NCBI GenBank assembly: GCA_950097015.1
Contig: CATNEN010000031.1
Location: 3,472,001-3,536,000 of the forward strand
DNA: 64,000 nt
Origin: Macrostomum hystrix
Taxonomy: Eukaryota; Animalia; Platyhelminthes
Direction: 5' to 3'
Below are positions 23,373-35,209 of the stretch, one piece after another. Every line of letters starts with the position of its first letter. Position 1 is the first letter of the stretch. A program made the position numbers and the translations under genes. Under the pieces are notes generated by a model that did no database searches, had not been told where the DNA came from, and saw nothing but the letters and a program-made list of their open reading frames with translations.

Positions 23373-24067
23373 ACCTGCAAGCGGGGCCCGGTTTTTCCGA
23401 AAAAATGACGCCGGGTAAGAAAGCGAAAAGTGCAGCCGAGCAGAGCTTTCTAACTCCTTCAGTGTGTGTATCTGACTCGCACTCGCGCGCAAGATTATCT
23501 TGCTTGCCTTGCCCCCTCAGAGTCTACTGTACTAGCGGCGAAGCTTATTCCATAAACTGAGGGTAAGGGCTGCGATGTCTATGGCCAAAACTGTGGAATC
23601 ACAGATACGCTGCAGGCTGCACTTGCAAGAGTTTAGCCTATGCTTGTTGTCGGTAACAGTTGAAGCAGCTGATTTAACTGAAATGATAGAGCCCTGTGTG
23701 TATTTGACTCGCGCTAAGACAAACAACGTTTTTTATAAAGATGTGAACAATAATGTAACTTTAAATTTAGTCTGACTCCTAGCTCTGAAACTTCTGTAAA
23801 GTAATTAGATGATTATAAATTTTTGATTAAATGATAATTTAAATTGCGATATCACACCTTACGCTGTACTTTTCTTGTTTTCTTGTACTTTTATTACCCT
23901 TCATCTTTGCATGATATGCAAATCTAGATTAGTCTTAGAATTTCTTTATTCATGATTCTCTCTTTAGGTTTAAATAGAGGGGTACCATTGAGTTTAGATG
24001 AATTTTCTCATTGAATCTATTGTGCCTCTCTGACTTAGGCAGTTAAATAATTTGAATTACAGGTTAA

Positions 24068-24617
24068 CAGTAGAACTACCCTCCTTGACAATTTTATGTG
24101 CTGCACCCGAACGGAACAACGCAAGCACGCGAAACTTCAGAAAACTCGGGCCAAGTTATCGTTGCGCATATTCTGAAACAATAATCAAGCCGTCGGCTCT
24201 TCAGACCGTCGAGACATTCAATGTTTCTGGCCGAAGGTCCGATTTTTCCCATAAGCGCTAGTGTATTTCATACAAGGCAAGGCCTTCAAAATTTATCAGC
24301 ATGTCACCCGAATGTGCCTACATATCTCCGTTCTTTAGTGGTCACCTACCTTTGTCTAGACGGATTTGCTGGACCTTCAAGGGCTACAACAGGGCGGAAT
24401 AGGCCACTATGGACACCCTGACGCGAATTTCTCCAATTTCACTGATCAAGCCTAAATACTGGGCGCAGCACGACCACAGTACATCAAGGCCTAGTCTGTC
24501 AACCAATCAGTCACCACCAAACGCTGTTAGCATTCAGCATTTGCCAAAAATGCTTAGGGGGGGATTCCCTTCCCTTGGAATAACAACGGGCGGCAAAATG
24601 GCTTGGTAGTCCTACTG
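24068..24617 (+). mobile_element. MITE family A, copy 2
   Basis: TTAA|CAGTAGAACTACC ... GCTTGGTAGTCCTACTG|TTGA; colinear with 8494-9094. Confidence 0.85.
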
Positions 24618-25517
24618 TTGATTCTTGTCTATGCCCAAGTTCATTGTTTCTTCACTGTTTCTTGCATTTTAAATATTAAAGATTTACACGTGCGTGTAAA
24701 GCTGGAGCCTTTGAGATTCGAAAATTTTCGCAGTTTTGAGAGAATAGGAAATTTAAAGCATGAATTGTACTTTAATTGTACATGTATCAGTTATCTCTGA
24801 AGCCTGAATCTGAGAGGCTGGTTCCACAATACTTTTTCTTATTTTTTGGACATTGAAATCCTGATAACCCATACTGATGTCTTAAAAATGTCATTTGCGA
24901 TCTGTCACCACATTCACCATGTCAATTTGAAATATGAGTTAATGGTCTCAACTCTAATTGATGACATGTGCGTTAGCTCTGTCATCGATACACTTTTGGT
25001 GAGTGTATCGCTTTGTAACACAGGCGAGCAGCAATATTTAAGATATCGGCTGCTGGGTTTAAGTGTGAATAAATTTTTGTCATTAAAAATAGAAATATCA
25101 TTCAATTCTTTTTTAGCATTTTATCAATTTTGACATCATATCATTTTTATCATGAGTGTAAACATTCTATTTATTAGGCCTTTTTAGTGAGTTCAAACCA
25201 GAAGTAAATATATATTTGAAAAATGATTTAGATTTTTTTATTTTTACAATGGCCTTTCGACTCCTGCGCCGCTCCAGACTCATTCTGGCGTGGCCTACAT
25301 CTGCCAGATTTTCTCTTTCTGAGAAGCCGTCGTCCTCACACTGACTAGCAGTCATGAGTTCTGGCTGTCACCGACCAATCATATGCGGTGACCAATCTGC
25401 AGAAATTTCTGGAACATCGCGGACTGAGTATTTAACAAAAATTGCGTTTCGATATCTGCCACTTTTTTAGAGAAATCGTCAACGAATCGCAGGCAGAATA
25501 AAAAGTTCTGGTAGCTC

Positions 25518-27562
25518 ATGCTCGCTCTGGACAGTAACGACAGCGCTTTGGACTTTCCTGCCATAGCAGGGCTGCTCGAAGATGCCAACGATGGCAACAG
25601 CGAGCAGCTTCTGTGGGCAATGCTTGGCTGCAGCATGCTGGCCTCCCTGCTGCTTATCTACAGTCTGCTCGGCCTCAGCCAGAGCCGCTTTGCTCGCTAC
25701 CGCCTCGGCTGCGTTCTGCTCATGCGCTGGAACTGCGCCGCCGATCTCGCCTGCCTGTTGAACAGGTGTCTGTTTGGTCTGGCTAACCGTTACCTGAGCC
25801 CAGGAGCTGGTCGCGTTGTGGCCACCTGGCTGTGCAAGCTCTATCACCTGAGCGATGGTGTCACAATGTGTTTCCAGGCCTGGCTGCTGGCGTTGTTCGC
25901 ATTCGAGCGGGCCACAATGTGCTCGAACCCATTGGTTGGCTTGCGCCGCTTCAACTCGTTCCGCCTGCGACTCGGCTGCGGCTTGGCGTCCCTGCTCACC
26001 CTAGCCGCCTATCTGAACCACGTCTGGGTGTTCGGCGTCAGCGAGGCCGTCCTCTACACCGCCGCTGTCGCTGCTGCCGCTGCAGCCGCCGCTGCCTCCA
26101 CTGGTAATAACAGCGATTTGGTAGCAAATTTAACATCAACGCAGACGCCACCTATGCAGGTTATTTACCTGTGCGGAGTCACGACCGACTTTCATCTGGT
26201 CTACCAGGTTGGTTTTTTGTGTGAAAATACTGCTGCAATTTAGGTCCAAAGGCAAATGTTGTCTATCCTTTTCATATTTGGACACTACGAGCGTAGCCTA
26301 TAGAATGCTGTTTTATTGCCTAGATGCTTCGTGTTCAGTGCCTTATTCAACTTCAATAAAAATGCGGGTAATCGAAGAGAAGTCTTTAGACTAAAGATGA
26401 TTCAAAAGCAATGCTGTGTTTTGATGGTTTTCCAACAGTTTGAAAATAAAGGAAAAGTGACTGACTATAGCTTTCCTGCTGTCAAGATGTCTATTGTGTA
26501 TAGCAAAGCGACTGTTGTAATCTCATTTAATGTAACAGAGTATATACATATCATATTCATGATAGCGGTAAAATGTTGTCCTTTCCAATACTTGTGTGCA
26601 TTTTACTTAAATTGGGCATCGCGTCAAGAAAGGACATTTAGAGAGACCCGTCAAGGACAACAAGCTAGAAGCGTGCCAATTGGATTTGGCACAATGTGTT
26701 TCTCAACGTCTTACCTAACCAGAAGTTGAGTCGAGCATTGCCAATCTTTATAAACCGACGCAGGTGGTGGTCAAGCTAGAGCTCCTTACCAATGTCCTCC
26801 TGCCGGGACTCGTGTGCGCCGGCTGCACGTCGCTGGTCGCCTATCGCCTGATTCTCGGCCGTGGCGGCTGCGCCAGAGGTGTCAACCAGGCAGAAGGAGG
26901 TGGCGTCGGCGGTGGCATTGGCAACAGTTTCAACATCGTCAGCGCAGGCGCCCGAGCCAATGGCGGCAGCGAGCGGCTGAGCCTGGTGGTCAACGCGTCC
27001 AGGCGAGCCCGGCCGGCCATGCTGGACGAGTTCAACCCTGAGCGTGAAGCTGCTGCAGCTCTGCCTGGCTGTGTTCTGCTATCCGCCGTTGGCCGTGACG
27101 GGCCTGGTTCGAACCGGCTCGGTGATCGCGCAGGCCGAGGTATCGCCGGCGCTTCACGCCTACCTGGAGATGCTGGTTCAGCCAATGAAGAACCTGCTGA
27201 GCGCCGTGGCCTTCGCTGCATTTGTCGCCAGCCACCAGTTTCGCCGATCGGCCGTCAGGAAGTCCACGCAGCGGAGATATGCTCGCAGCGGCCGCAGTAG
27301 CCAACGAAGACTTCGACACAGGCAGGGCCTGAGCCTCAATTCAGGACCCGGTCACTCGATGAGTTCCAGTGCCGGAGCCACAGTCGACCACTTCGGCACC
27401 ATCAGCCTTGAAACCTATGCTGAATTTCCCGACATGGATGCCGAGTCGTCCGCAATCGAGATTGACGCCGAGATTGACGGCGACGCCGAAGGTGGCGACT
27501 GCGGCAACGGAGACAAAGATAAGCCAGTTGGCCGAGCGATGTCCATGGTCACCTGGGTTTGA
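25518..27562 (+). CDS. Class A (rhodopsin-like) peptide-receptor-type GPCR with a frame discontinuity in intracellular loop 3
   Basis: Exon 25518-26207 has TM1-4 (CKLYH..AWLLALFAFER, a DRY-equivalent ER). Exon from 26764 has TM5 (TNVLLPGLV). TM6 (LSVKLLQLCLAVFCYPP) and TM7/helix 8 (KNLLSAVAFAAFVASHQFRR) lie in the +1 frame and end at TGA 27560-27562. Confidence 0.72.
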
Positions 27563-27975
27563 AATGCAAATGAACTTATTCTCTTATTTTAACTCTTTGT
27601 TACTCAATTGTATAGTCTGTGTGTAGGGTTTGAGATGCAAATGAACCTTTTCTCTTATTTTAACTCTTTGTTACTCAATTGTATAGTCTGTCTGTAGGGT
27701 TTGAAATGCAAATGAACTTATTCTCTTATTTTAACTCTTTGTTACTCAATTGTATAGTCTGTCTGTAGGGTTTGAGATGCAAATGAACCTTTTCTGTTAT
27801 TTTAACTCTTTGTTACTCAATTGTATAGTCTGTCTGTAGGGTTTGAGATGCAAATGAACCTTTTCTCTTATTTTAACTCTTTGTTACTCAATTGTATAGT
27901 CTGTCTGTAGGGTTTGAGATGCAAATGAACCTTTTCTCTTATTTTAACTCTTTGTTACTAAATTGTATAGTCTGT
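27555..27975. repeat. 71-bp tandem repeat, about 6 copies, starting across the GPCR stop codon
   Basis: GGGTTTGA(A/G)ATGCAAATGAAC... recurs at 27555, 27626, 27697 and onward. Confidence 0.93.
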
Positions 27976-28444
27976 AATTCAGAATTCGAATTTGACTTGT
28001 TTCATGCATTGGCGTCTTTTTATATTTTTTTAGGTTAGAGCCGTCATGTTAATCCCAACATCGTTAATGTTATGACTGTCCGTTCTTTCTGCTGTACATT
28101 TTTGCTTTTATGACGAGTTTATGCGCTAAAAGCTTTATGATTTTTAGATATTGTGATTAGACAACTGGATTCATTTATTAATAAGTGCAGGTGTATAACG
28201 CTACCAGGTGTGTAGGAACCGGGCGCATGGGTAGGGAGTAGGGGGTTCGGTTTTTTTATCTTTCTACGAGTTGAAACGAAATTAAGCGTAAACTGAGTAT
28301 TTCCGGGGTTTTTTTCGCGTTCCGGATTTTTTAAATCGTTATAAATATCATAATATTTATAATATTATAAATAATATTATATTATTTATTAGGCAGGGTG
28401 TTCGGGTCGGCTTCGGGGTTCGGGGTTAGAGGTTCGGGTTCGGG

Positions 28445-28621
28445 TTCTACTGCCGCCAGCCCGCCCAGGACGTCCTTCTGCTCACCCTGCAGGGCCCGTT
28501 CAGGCGCGGCCAGGCTCGGACCCGCCGCTACGTCGACTGCCTGCTGAGCGACGCCAGGGCGCCCGACACTGCCTCCGGCGCGGACCATGTTCGCGCGCTG
28601 GCTCTGCGGCGCATCATTTGA
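28445..28621 (+). mobile_element. 3'-terminal fragment of an RTE-like non-LTR retrotransposon ORF
   Basis: An isolated GC-rich patch translates to FYCRQPAQDVLLLTLQGPFRRGQARTRRYVDCLLSDAR...*, resembling the C-terminal (vl.w.p.G.RrrGrp..ryiD.l..D) tail of RTE-clade proteins. The similarity was judged by eye. Confidence 0.5.
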
Positions 28622-29130
28622 CGCCGCCCCCCTGACGTTTGGGGCTTGCGTATTTTGTTGTTGTTGTTTTGTCTACCCGAAGCAGGATTAAAGCAGGACC
28701 CGGCCTGAATGTATCCATTTGGCTTTTGAATGACAGCACTTCTGGCGTCCTGTCTCTCCCCCTTGCCGCCCTAAAATACATTATACAGCAGCGGTTACTG
28801 TGATCTTCCCTTCTTCGCTGCTTCTTTGAATGATGACTGCTTCAATTTCTTGCTCTCTGCCCTTCCATCGCTTGCTTGCATTCAAAATCCGTGAGAAATC
28901 CCGCCAGAGATTCGGCCGACTCAATCAGGCCGATGAATTGCCCCAAGACGAATTACCCGCAGCGCATATTTGTTTACAAGTAACTGCGTAAAATATGAAG
29001 CTCCCCAATTGTAATTATTGAAATTATCGTTGGACACCCGTACATTTTCATTGCATTGTATAGTCAATGAATTGCCCTGATGAGAAATGAATGCCTCAGG
29101 TAATGAAGTCATTGAATTCAAAAAATAAAT

Positions 29131-29450
29131 TCTGATTGGTGACTGATTGGTTGACAGACTCGGCCTTGATGTACTGTGGTCGTGCTTTCTCCTAATAATA
29201 TATAGGCTTGATCAGTGAAATTGGAGAAATTCGAGTCAGGGTGTTCATAGTAGACTATTCCGACCTGTTGTAGCCCTTGAAGGTCCAGCAAATCTGTCTA
29301 GATAAAGGTAGGTGACCACCGAAAACTGGAGATGATGAAGGCACATTCGGGTGACATGCTGATACAGGGGTGTACAGGGTGTATATGAAATTCACTAGCG
29401 CTAATGGGGAAAATCCGACTTTCGGCCAGAAACATTGAATATCTCGATGC
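29131..29450 (-). mobile_element. MITE family A, internal fragment (copy 3, inverted)
   Basis: Reverse complement of the internal segment of 24068-24617 (e.g. GATTGGTTGACAGACT, GGAGAAATTCG, GCCCTTGAAGGTCC). Confidence 0.8.
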
Positions 29451-30910
29451 GATGATCTTGACGATTTAATACTTCTATTTTGTCAATTTTTATAGGCATT
29501 GCATGCGCTGTAACTTCTATTCTACTATACTCATAAAAACGATACTATAGGCATAGTAAGCAACTCCGGCCCGCGTCCGGCCGTGTGGTGTGTGCCACTG
29601 ATCCTGATCCGACAGATGGGGAAGTACTCGCAACAGTTGCTGCTGCTTAAATGAATGATGTAAACATAAGTAAATTTGAGACCATCGCGAATCTGCCTTG
29701 TTGACTCGTTAGGCCGAGTGGGGACAGACAAATGTAACATGGTCCCCACAAAACAGCACGGCGGCCTAACCATATTTGGCTGGCAGCTCAAGGGTAATTT
29801 TAGCACTCCTTTTCTCTGTCAGCGGAAGTGATAGTAATAATAATGGATCAACGAAGAAATTAAAATCATGTTTCACTTAGCCCGCATCATACAAATATAT
29901 ATAGCAACGTAAATATGGCCGGGCGTGTGGACGTACCAAACGCTCGTAAATGCTTCTATCAAAGGGTTAAAACATTTTCAAAGGAAAAGGCTATAGAAAA
30001 CAAGTCATTCATTTACAATTATGTAAATATATATCAACCGTTTCTTAAAATCCAGTGCATGCCTTCGCAAACAGCTAAGATTTATGCTGCACCTTACCTT
30101 GACGAATATACTGCTCCAATGCACATAAAATTGGGATATTCCCGGGAAATTCGAGTCTTGCCCATACACGTGGAAAATTGATCAAGTTAAATTAATGTTG
30201 CACTATAGCTTACACGCACTAAAATTTACTGACTTACCCAGAATGCTCAACAAGTTGGTGCTGTAAGTTTAGTGCTAAAAGATGAATCGTAACATGTACA
30301 AAATTACGCATTAAAAATTTTCTAAACAGGAAATTGCGTACGGTACAAAAACAAAATGTTTTGGTTGCAATTAAATTGACATAATTTCTTAGACTTTCGT
30401 AAAAAATTCAATTTAAAATTTATTCTTCGAAAAAAACGATTGCGTTCTACGAGTACTACGAGTGGTTAAATAGTCATTTTCACATCAATTGATAGTCTTA
30501 ACAATTAAACTGTCATTTGTGTCACTGTATTTGTGCTGCTTGTGAACTGATAGCTGTTGCTATTCCATCCAATTCAGCAATTATTCTATTTTCTTTATCA
30601 CCTAATACGCCTGTATATATTATTTGTCGGATCGTCGCCTAGTTTTAGTACAAAAGAATGCTTCCGCTTTGTTCTTGTTTCTGTCAGGATTCTAAAGCCT
30701 AATGTTTAAATCATTTATTAATTAAAAAAATACTGATTATTTCACTAAATTAGTACCATAAATGTGCAATTAGTTAAAACATATATAATCACTCTTATAA
30801 GGCTTATTTCTTACTTCACCTAAATATAAATTCCTGTAAAAATATATTAATTTATATAGTATGTATATGTAATTCATTTTTTGGTGGCTTCTTCTGGCAT
30901 CCCTTTTGTT

Positions 30911-31961
30911 CAGTGCTGGGCAAGTTAATTAAAAAAAAGTAATGGAAGTTACTGGTAACATCTGTTACCAAATTCTCCAAAAATGATTTTTCATTCGTTA
31001 CTTGTAACAGGTACTTTTTGATTTTTCGTAACTTCCATTACTTAGTCTATTACTTTGTTAGTAATGTCATTATTTTATTTTTTCAGATTTAAAAATAAAT
31101 AAAAAATAATTAATTTAAATCATTTTTAAGTCCAGGACCAGAAGGTGAATATTTTCTAAAAGCTAGCTGTGAAAGTTGCCTAGCCATTGGCATTAGACAG
31201 GACAGGTTGGTTGGGCTATGGTGGAGTTCCGTTCGTTATATTATTTTGCAATTTGAAATGACTGCGGACAGGTTAAACAAGTTTTACGACCAACGCAGCA
31301 ACATTTAAACAACACGAGGACACTCAGAAAAGTTCATCAGAGGTTCATCAGTTCCTTATCTGTTCAGCAGCGTCTTCAGGGACCACCAGTAAATGAAGTC
31401 CACCAGTTGGCATAGTGTCAGGTGGCTTCCCTCGAAGAATGAGCCCTTCCTGACTGACTCTTGTCCTGATTGAACTTGAGCCGATAAGGTCTTGACTTGA
31501 GCCAACAGTCAATTTTAGACCATAGACATACATATGCCACGTCATGCCAAATCGTCTGTTGCATTACCGGGCTTTTGGCACCATTTTGAAGTTGAAAAAT
31601 AATATAACGAACGGAACTCCACCATAGCCGTTGGTTGAAATATTATAAAAGAAATATTAACAAATATTATTTTTTATTTTAACTTTTTTTGTAAATTTCA
31701 ATACAATATGTGAATATGAATGAATAGAATATTAGAATATACATTACAATATGATAGATTGATAGCCAGTGTGACCGCAGTGTGCAGTGTGATGGCTACT
31801 GGCTAGTAACCAAAGACTGGAGGAACAGACTATAGAAAAAAGCCTCTGTTACTGTTACTCTGATACCCAGTTGAAAAATTAACTCAAAAAAGTAAAGTTT
31901 TAAGAAAAAGTAAATTTAGTTACTTTCTAAAATAACGGAGTACCAGAAGTGCCCAGCACTG
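30911..31961. mobile_element. hAT-type non-autonomous transposon
   Basis: 12-bp TIR CAGTGCTGGGCA/TGCCCAGCACTG, perfect 8-bp TSD CTTTTGTT (30903-30910 and 31962-31969), GTAAC/GTTAC-rich subtermini. Confidence 0.9.
31214..31629. mobile_element. 416-bp MITE nested inside the hAT element
   Basis: 34-bp perfect TIR GGCTATGGTGGAGTTCCGTTCGTTATATTATTTT and perfect 8-bp TSD GTTGGTTG (31206-31213 and 31630-31637). Confidence 0.9.
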
Positions 31962-32856
31962 CTTTTGTTTAAATGCTATCACTTGAAAACATTTTTAGTT
32001 AGCCTGACCTATCTCTTTGCCCTTGCTTGCTATTACTATTATTAAATCAGCTTAGGTCTTATGTCTATATGCTTTGCCTCCATATAATAAATATTCTAGA
32101 ATACTGTAAGACGCTGGTTTGTCAGGTAGCATGCACACAAAACGCGAAGAGCCATACCGGCTCGCTAGCACTATTATATTTGGCCAGAAACACTGGGGTG
32201 GGCGTACCCACCCCCCAATCATGCCACGCAAGCACGCACGCAGGCGTGTACGCTCTACCCCCCGCAGTGTACACTGCGGGCCGCGAACTCTAAGCTGCTT
32301 ACAATACCATAGAAGCAGACTAAGATAAGCATCTATATTTAGAGAGAAGGAAGGTGAGCCACTGACAAAAGGTCACATTGATATGCAATATTTACTCAAT
32401 GAAGTCTGTACCATATCTCAAATCCATTTGTTTCACAAGTTTAATCGAGAGTTCCTACTATTTTATTTAGCTAGCTTAACTAAGCATTGTCATTTGTTCT
32501 TAAGAGCTCTGTTATATTCATGGCTCCAATTTTTTTCATATTTTTTTAACTCTGTTTGAGTTTGATTGAGTGGTAGTTAGTTATGCTTATGCCATCCTAT
32601 TGTTTCCGCCCAGCCTAATGAGAAATATCCTGAATTCTTAGTTGTCTCATTTAGTCCTTACTATAAAAATATTCTGTGTTTACTCCATTTTATAAAGAAC
32701 ATAAAGAACATTTATAAATACTAATTTATCATGCATTTTTGCAGCTTTGCCAGAGCCATATAATATAATCCTTACAAAAACTTGCAGATTATTGGCTACT
32801 TATTTTACACCTTCCAAGTACCAAGTTACCAAGTTAACTTTTAACTTTCAGCAAAA

Positions 32857-33746
32857 ATGGGCGGCTGTTGTTGTAAAGAAGGAGAAGCAGATTCTGATAG
32901 AGGTGAACGAGATCGCCTGCTGACTAACCCCGTGTCAGATGGTGATGAAGATCATATGTGAGTTTTTTTATCTTAACAATATGCACACTGAGTTAATCCA
33001 TTTAATTTGAATTTCAATACTCTAATTGACTATTGATATTGCTTAATAGATAAATGGATAGCTTGATAGCATGAACCTGTACCCATTTACTCATCTGGAA
33101 CAGCTGAGTGAACTGAAACAATGCGGGAATGGGTGGGGAAAATTGTAATTTAACAAGGCAGAAGTCTGAAGCTTTAACCACTTGGTTCATTGAAGTGCCA
33201 CAATTACTTGACCATGGTAGGCCCTAATGGTCCGGAAGTCGCACTGATGAATAATAAAAGCGATTAGAAGCTAGCAAAGCTATACTCAACTTCTCATTCA
33301 GTCATCAGAACGGTAGTAGCGGCAGAGGCAGCGCTGGCTCATCGGGGAAGTCCGACCGGCCCGACATGCAGGCGGCGCTGTCGCAGATTCTGGAACACGT
33401 TGCCGTCCAGGTGATCGACATTGGCCAGTCCGGTCCGCAGGTTGTCGAACGCCAGGAGTACACACAGCGAGCCAGGCAGCTGCTGCGTGTGGGCAGCGAG
33501 CGACTGCGCGGACATCAGCAGCCGAAACGGCTACTGCCGATCCTGGGTGTCAGCGTCCTCGGCGCCGGTGGCGGCACCGGTAGCACCTCGTCGGTGATGG
33601 ACACTCTCTCTAGGGAGTCTCCGCCGTCTACTACCGACGTGGCTCTGGCAGCCGAGCTGGCGAGGGGCGTAGCAGAGGCGACACTGTCAGTCTCCGTACG
33701 GGTGCCGGACGATCTGCTGGTGCGCTTTGGCGCATCATCTGCCTGA
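32857..33746 (+). CDS. LAMTOR1: Ragulator complex subunit LAMTOR1 (p18)
   Basis: Exons 32857-32957 and 33302-33746 (phase 2). N-terminal MGGCCC acylation motif and ERDRLL dileucine-like motif; ALSQILEHVAVQVIDI..QEYTQRARQ; C-terminal RVPDDLLVRF. Confidence 0.88.
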
Positions 33747-35209
33747 CCCAGGACAGAGTGAGCTAATGATGCGCACCCTCCTGCCCCAGATCCATTTAGA
33801 GCACGACTCGATCCAATCCAGTCATTTGATTCAGATCCCAATCCACTGGGAAGTAAAATACTGCCTTTCACGCTCCCAAACTGCAGTTTGCAAATCTCCA
33901 AGATTATGGCCTTCTGAATGTGCGAGGATTTTTCTCATAAAGCGATTTCTTTTAAATATCCAGTAAGTGTTTCTATGTGATTTGTAGAGGCAAACATTAT
34001 GCAATAATTAAGTGCAATTTATTGCTTACTCGGTTAGCCCAAGTCTGCTTCTGTCATTATCAATACTTGCTGTCAATGCTTTTTAGTCAATAACTCTCGC
34101 TTTGAGTTTTATATAAAATGCCTGTGCTCGTGTATGGCACGATAATCGAATGCTCCCACAATGTTTTTATATATACATCTCGCATGTGATTGCCATTCCG
34201 CTCCCAGTTTTAACTTTTTGATACGTTTGTTTTAAACCTATTTAACCTTCGGTTATGCTCCCTAAATATTGAAGTATCAACTGTCGCGAACCCGGTTTTC
34301 ATGGAGCTGCATTTTTCTGTGTCATGTGTCTAACTATCCAGTAAGATTTGAGCAGTCTTCATAAATGAATCGCATGATGTGCCAAGCACTTTGCCAGCCT
34401 GCCGAGTACCGCGTGTAGGCTCAGTAGGTTCAAACTTATTAGTTTCTTAGCCATCAGGCCATAATCAGCCACCAATAATATGACAAGTGTTAATAATGGA
34501 TTCCCTGAACTGTCCAGTTTGATTGTCTGAACCATCGTCAGCGACCATTGTCTATGGTCAAGCATTTTTATAATTACAAGCTTGTAGTATTTGGTACATA
34601 TTCGCTAACCAAAGTACTCGTACATTATATTCTGCAACTGTCTATTGAATATACATAATACAGCAAAATACACAATACAGATTGTTGATTTGCAAATTAA
34701 ATACATTATTTTCTGACAGATCATACGCTCGTATAAGGTATAGGCGATATGAACTCATGCACAATAAGTGCACCGATTGTGGCTTGAATAGCCAAAGCTG
34801 TGTATTGTGTTCGTAAACAAATTGTCATTTACTGCTTTTTTATTTCCTTAACTACGAGTATTTGAACAATAACGAAGCAAATTTCACCGCGACAGAAATT
34901 ATCAGTTGATTAAGTTAAACGTGAAAATACATTTTTAGTTAGAAACCCTACCTAGCATATGTAAATATTTACACTTATTTCTGTATTGCGGATGAACAGG
35001 CGATAACTGCTTAGTCTATTGGCCAGAAAATAAAGTTGACCCGAAATGGCGGTATTAATTTACTGCTCAACTTTAGTAACATTAGAATTAGAAAGACTTA
35101 AACGCTAAATATATTATAATTTCATCAGTTGCATAAATGCCTACTACGAGCTGTTCAATCTGTAGCAGCAGTTTTCGAAACTTCAAACCCCCCAAATCCC
35201 TGACGCGGT

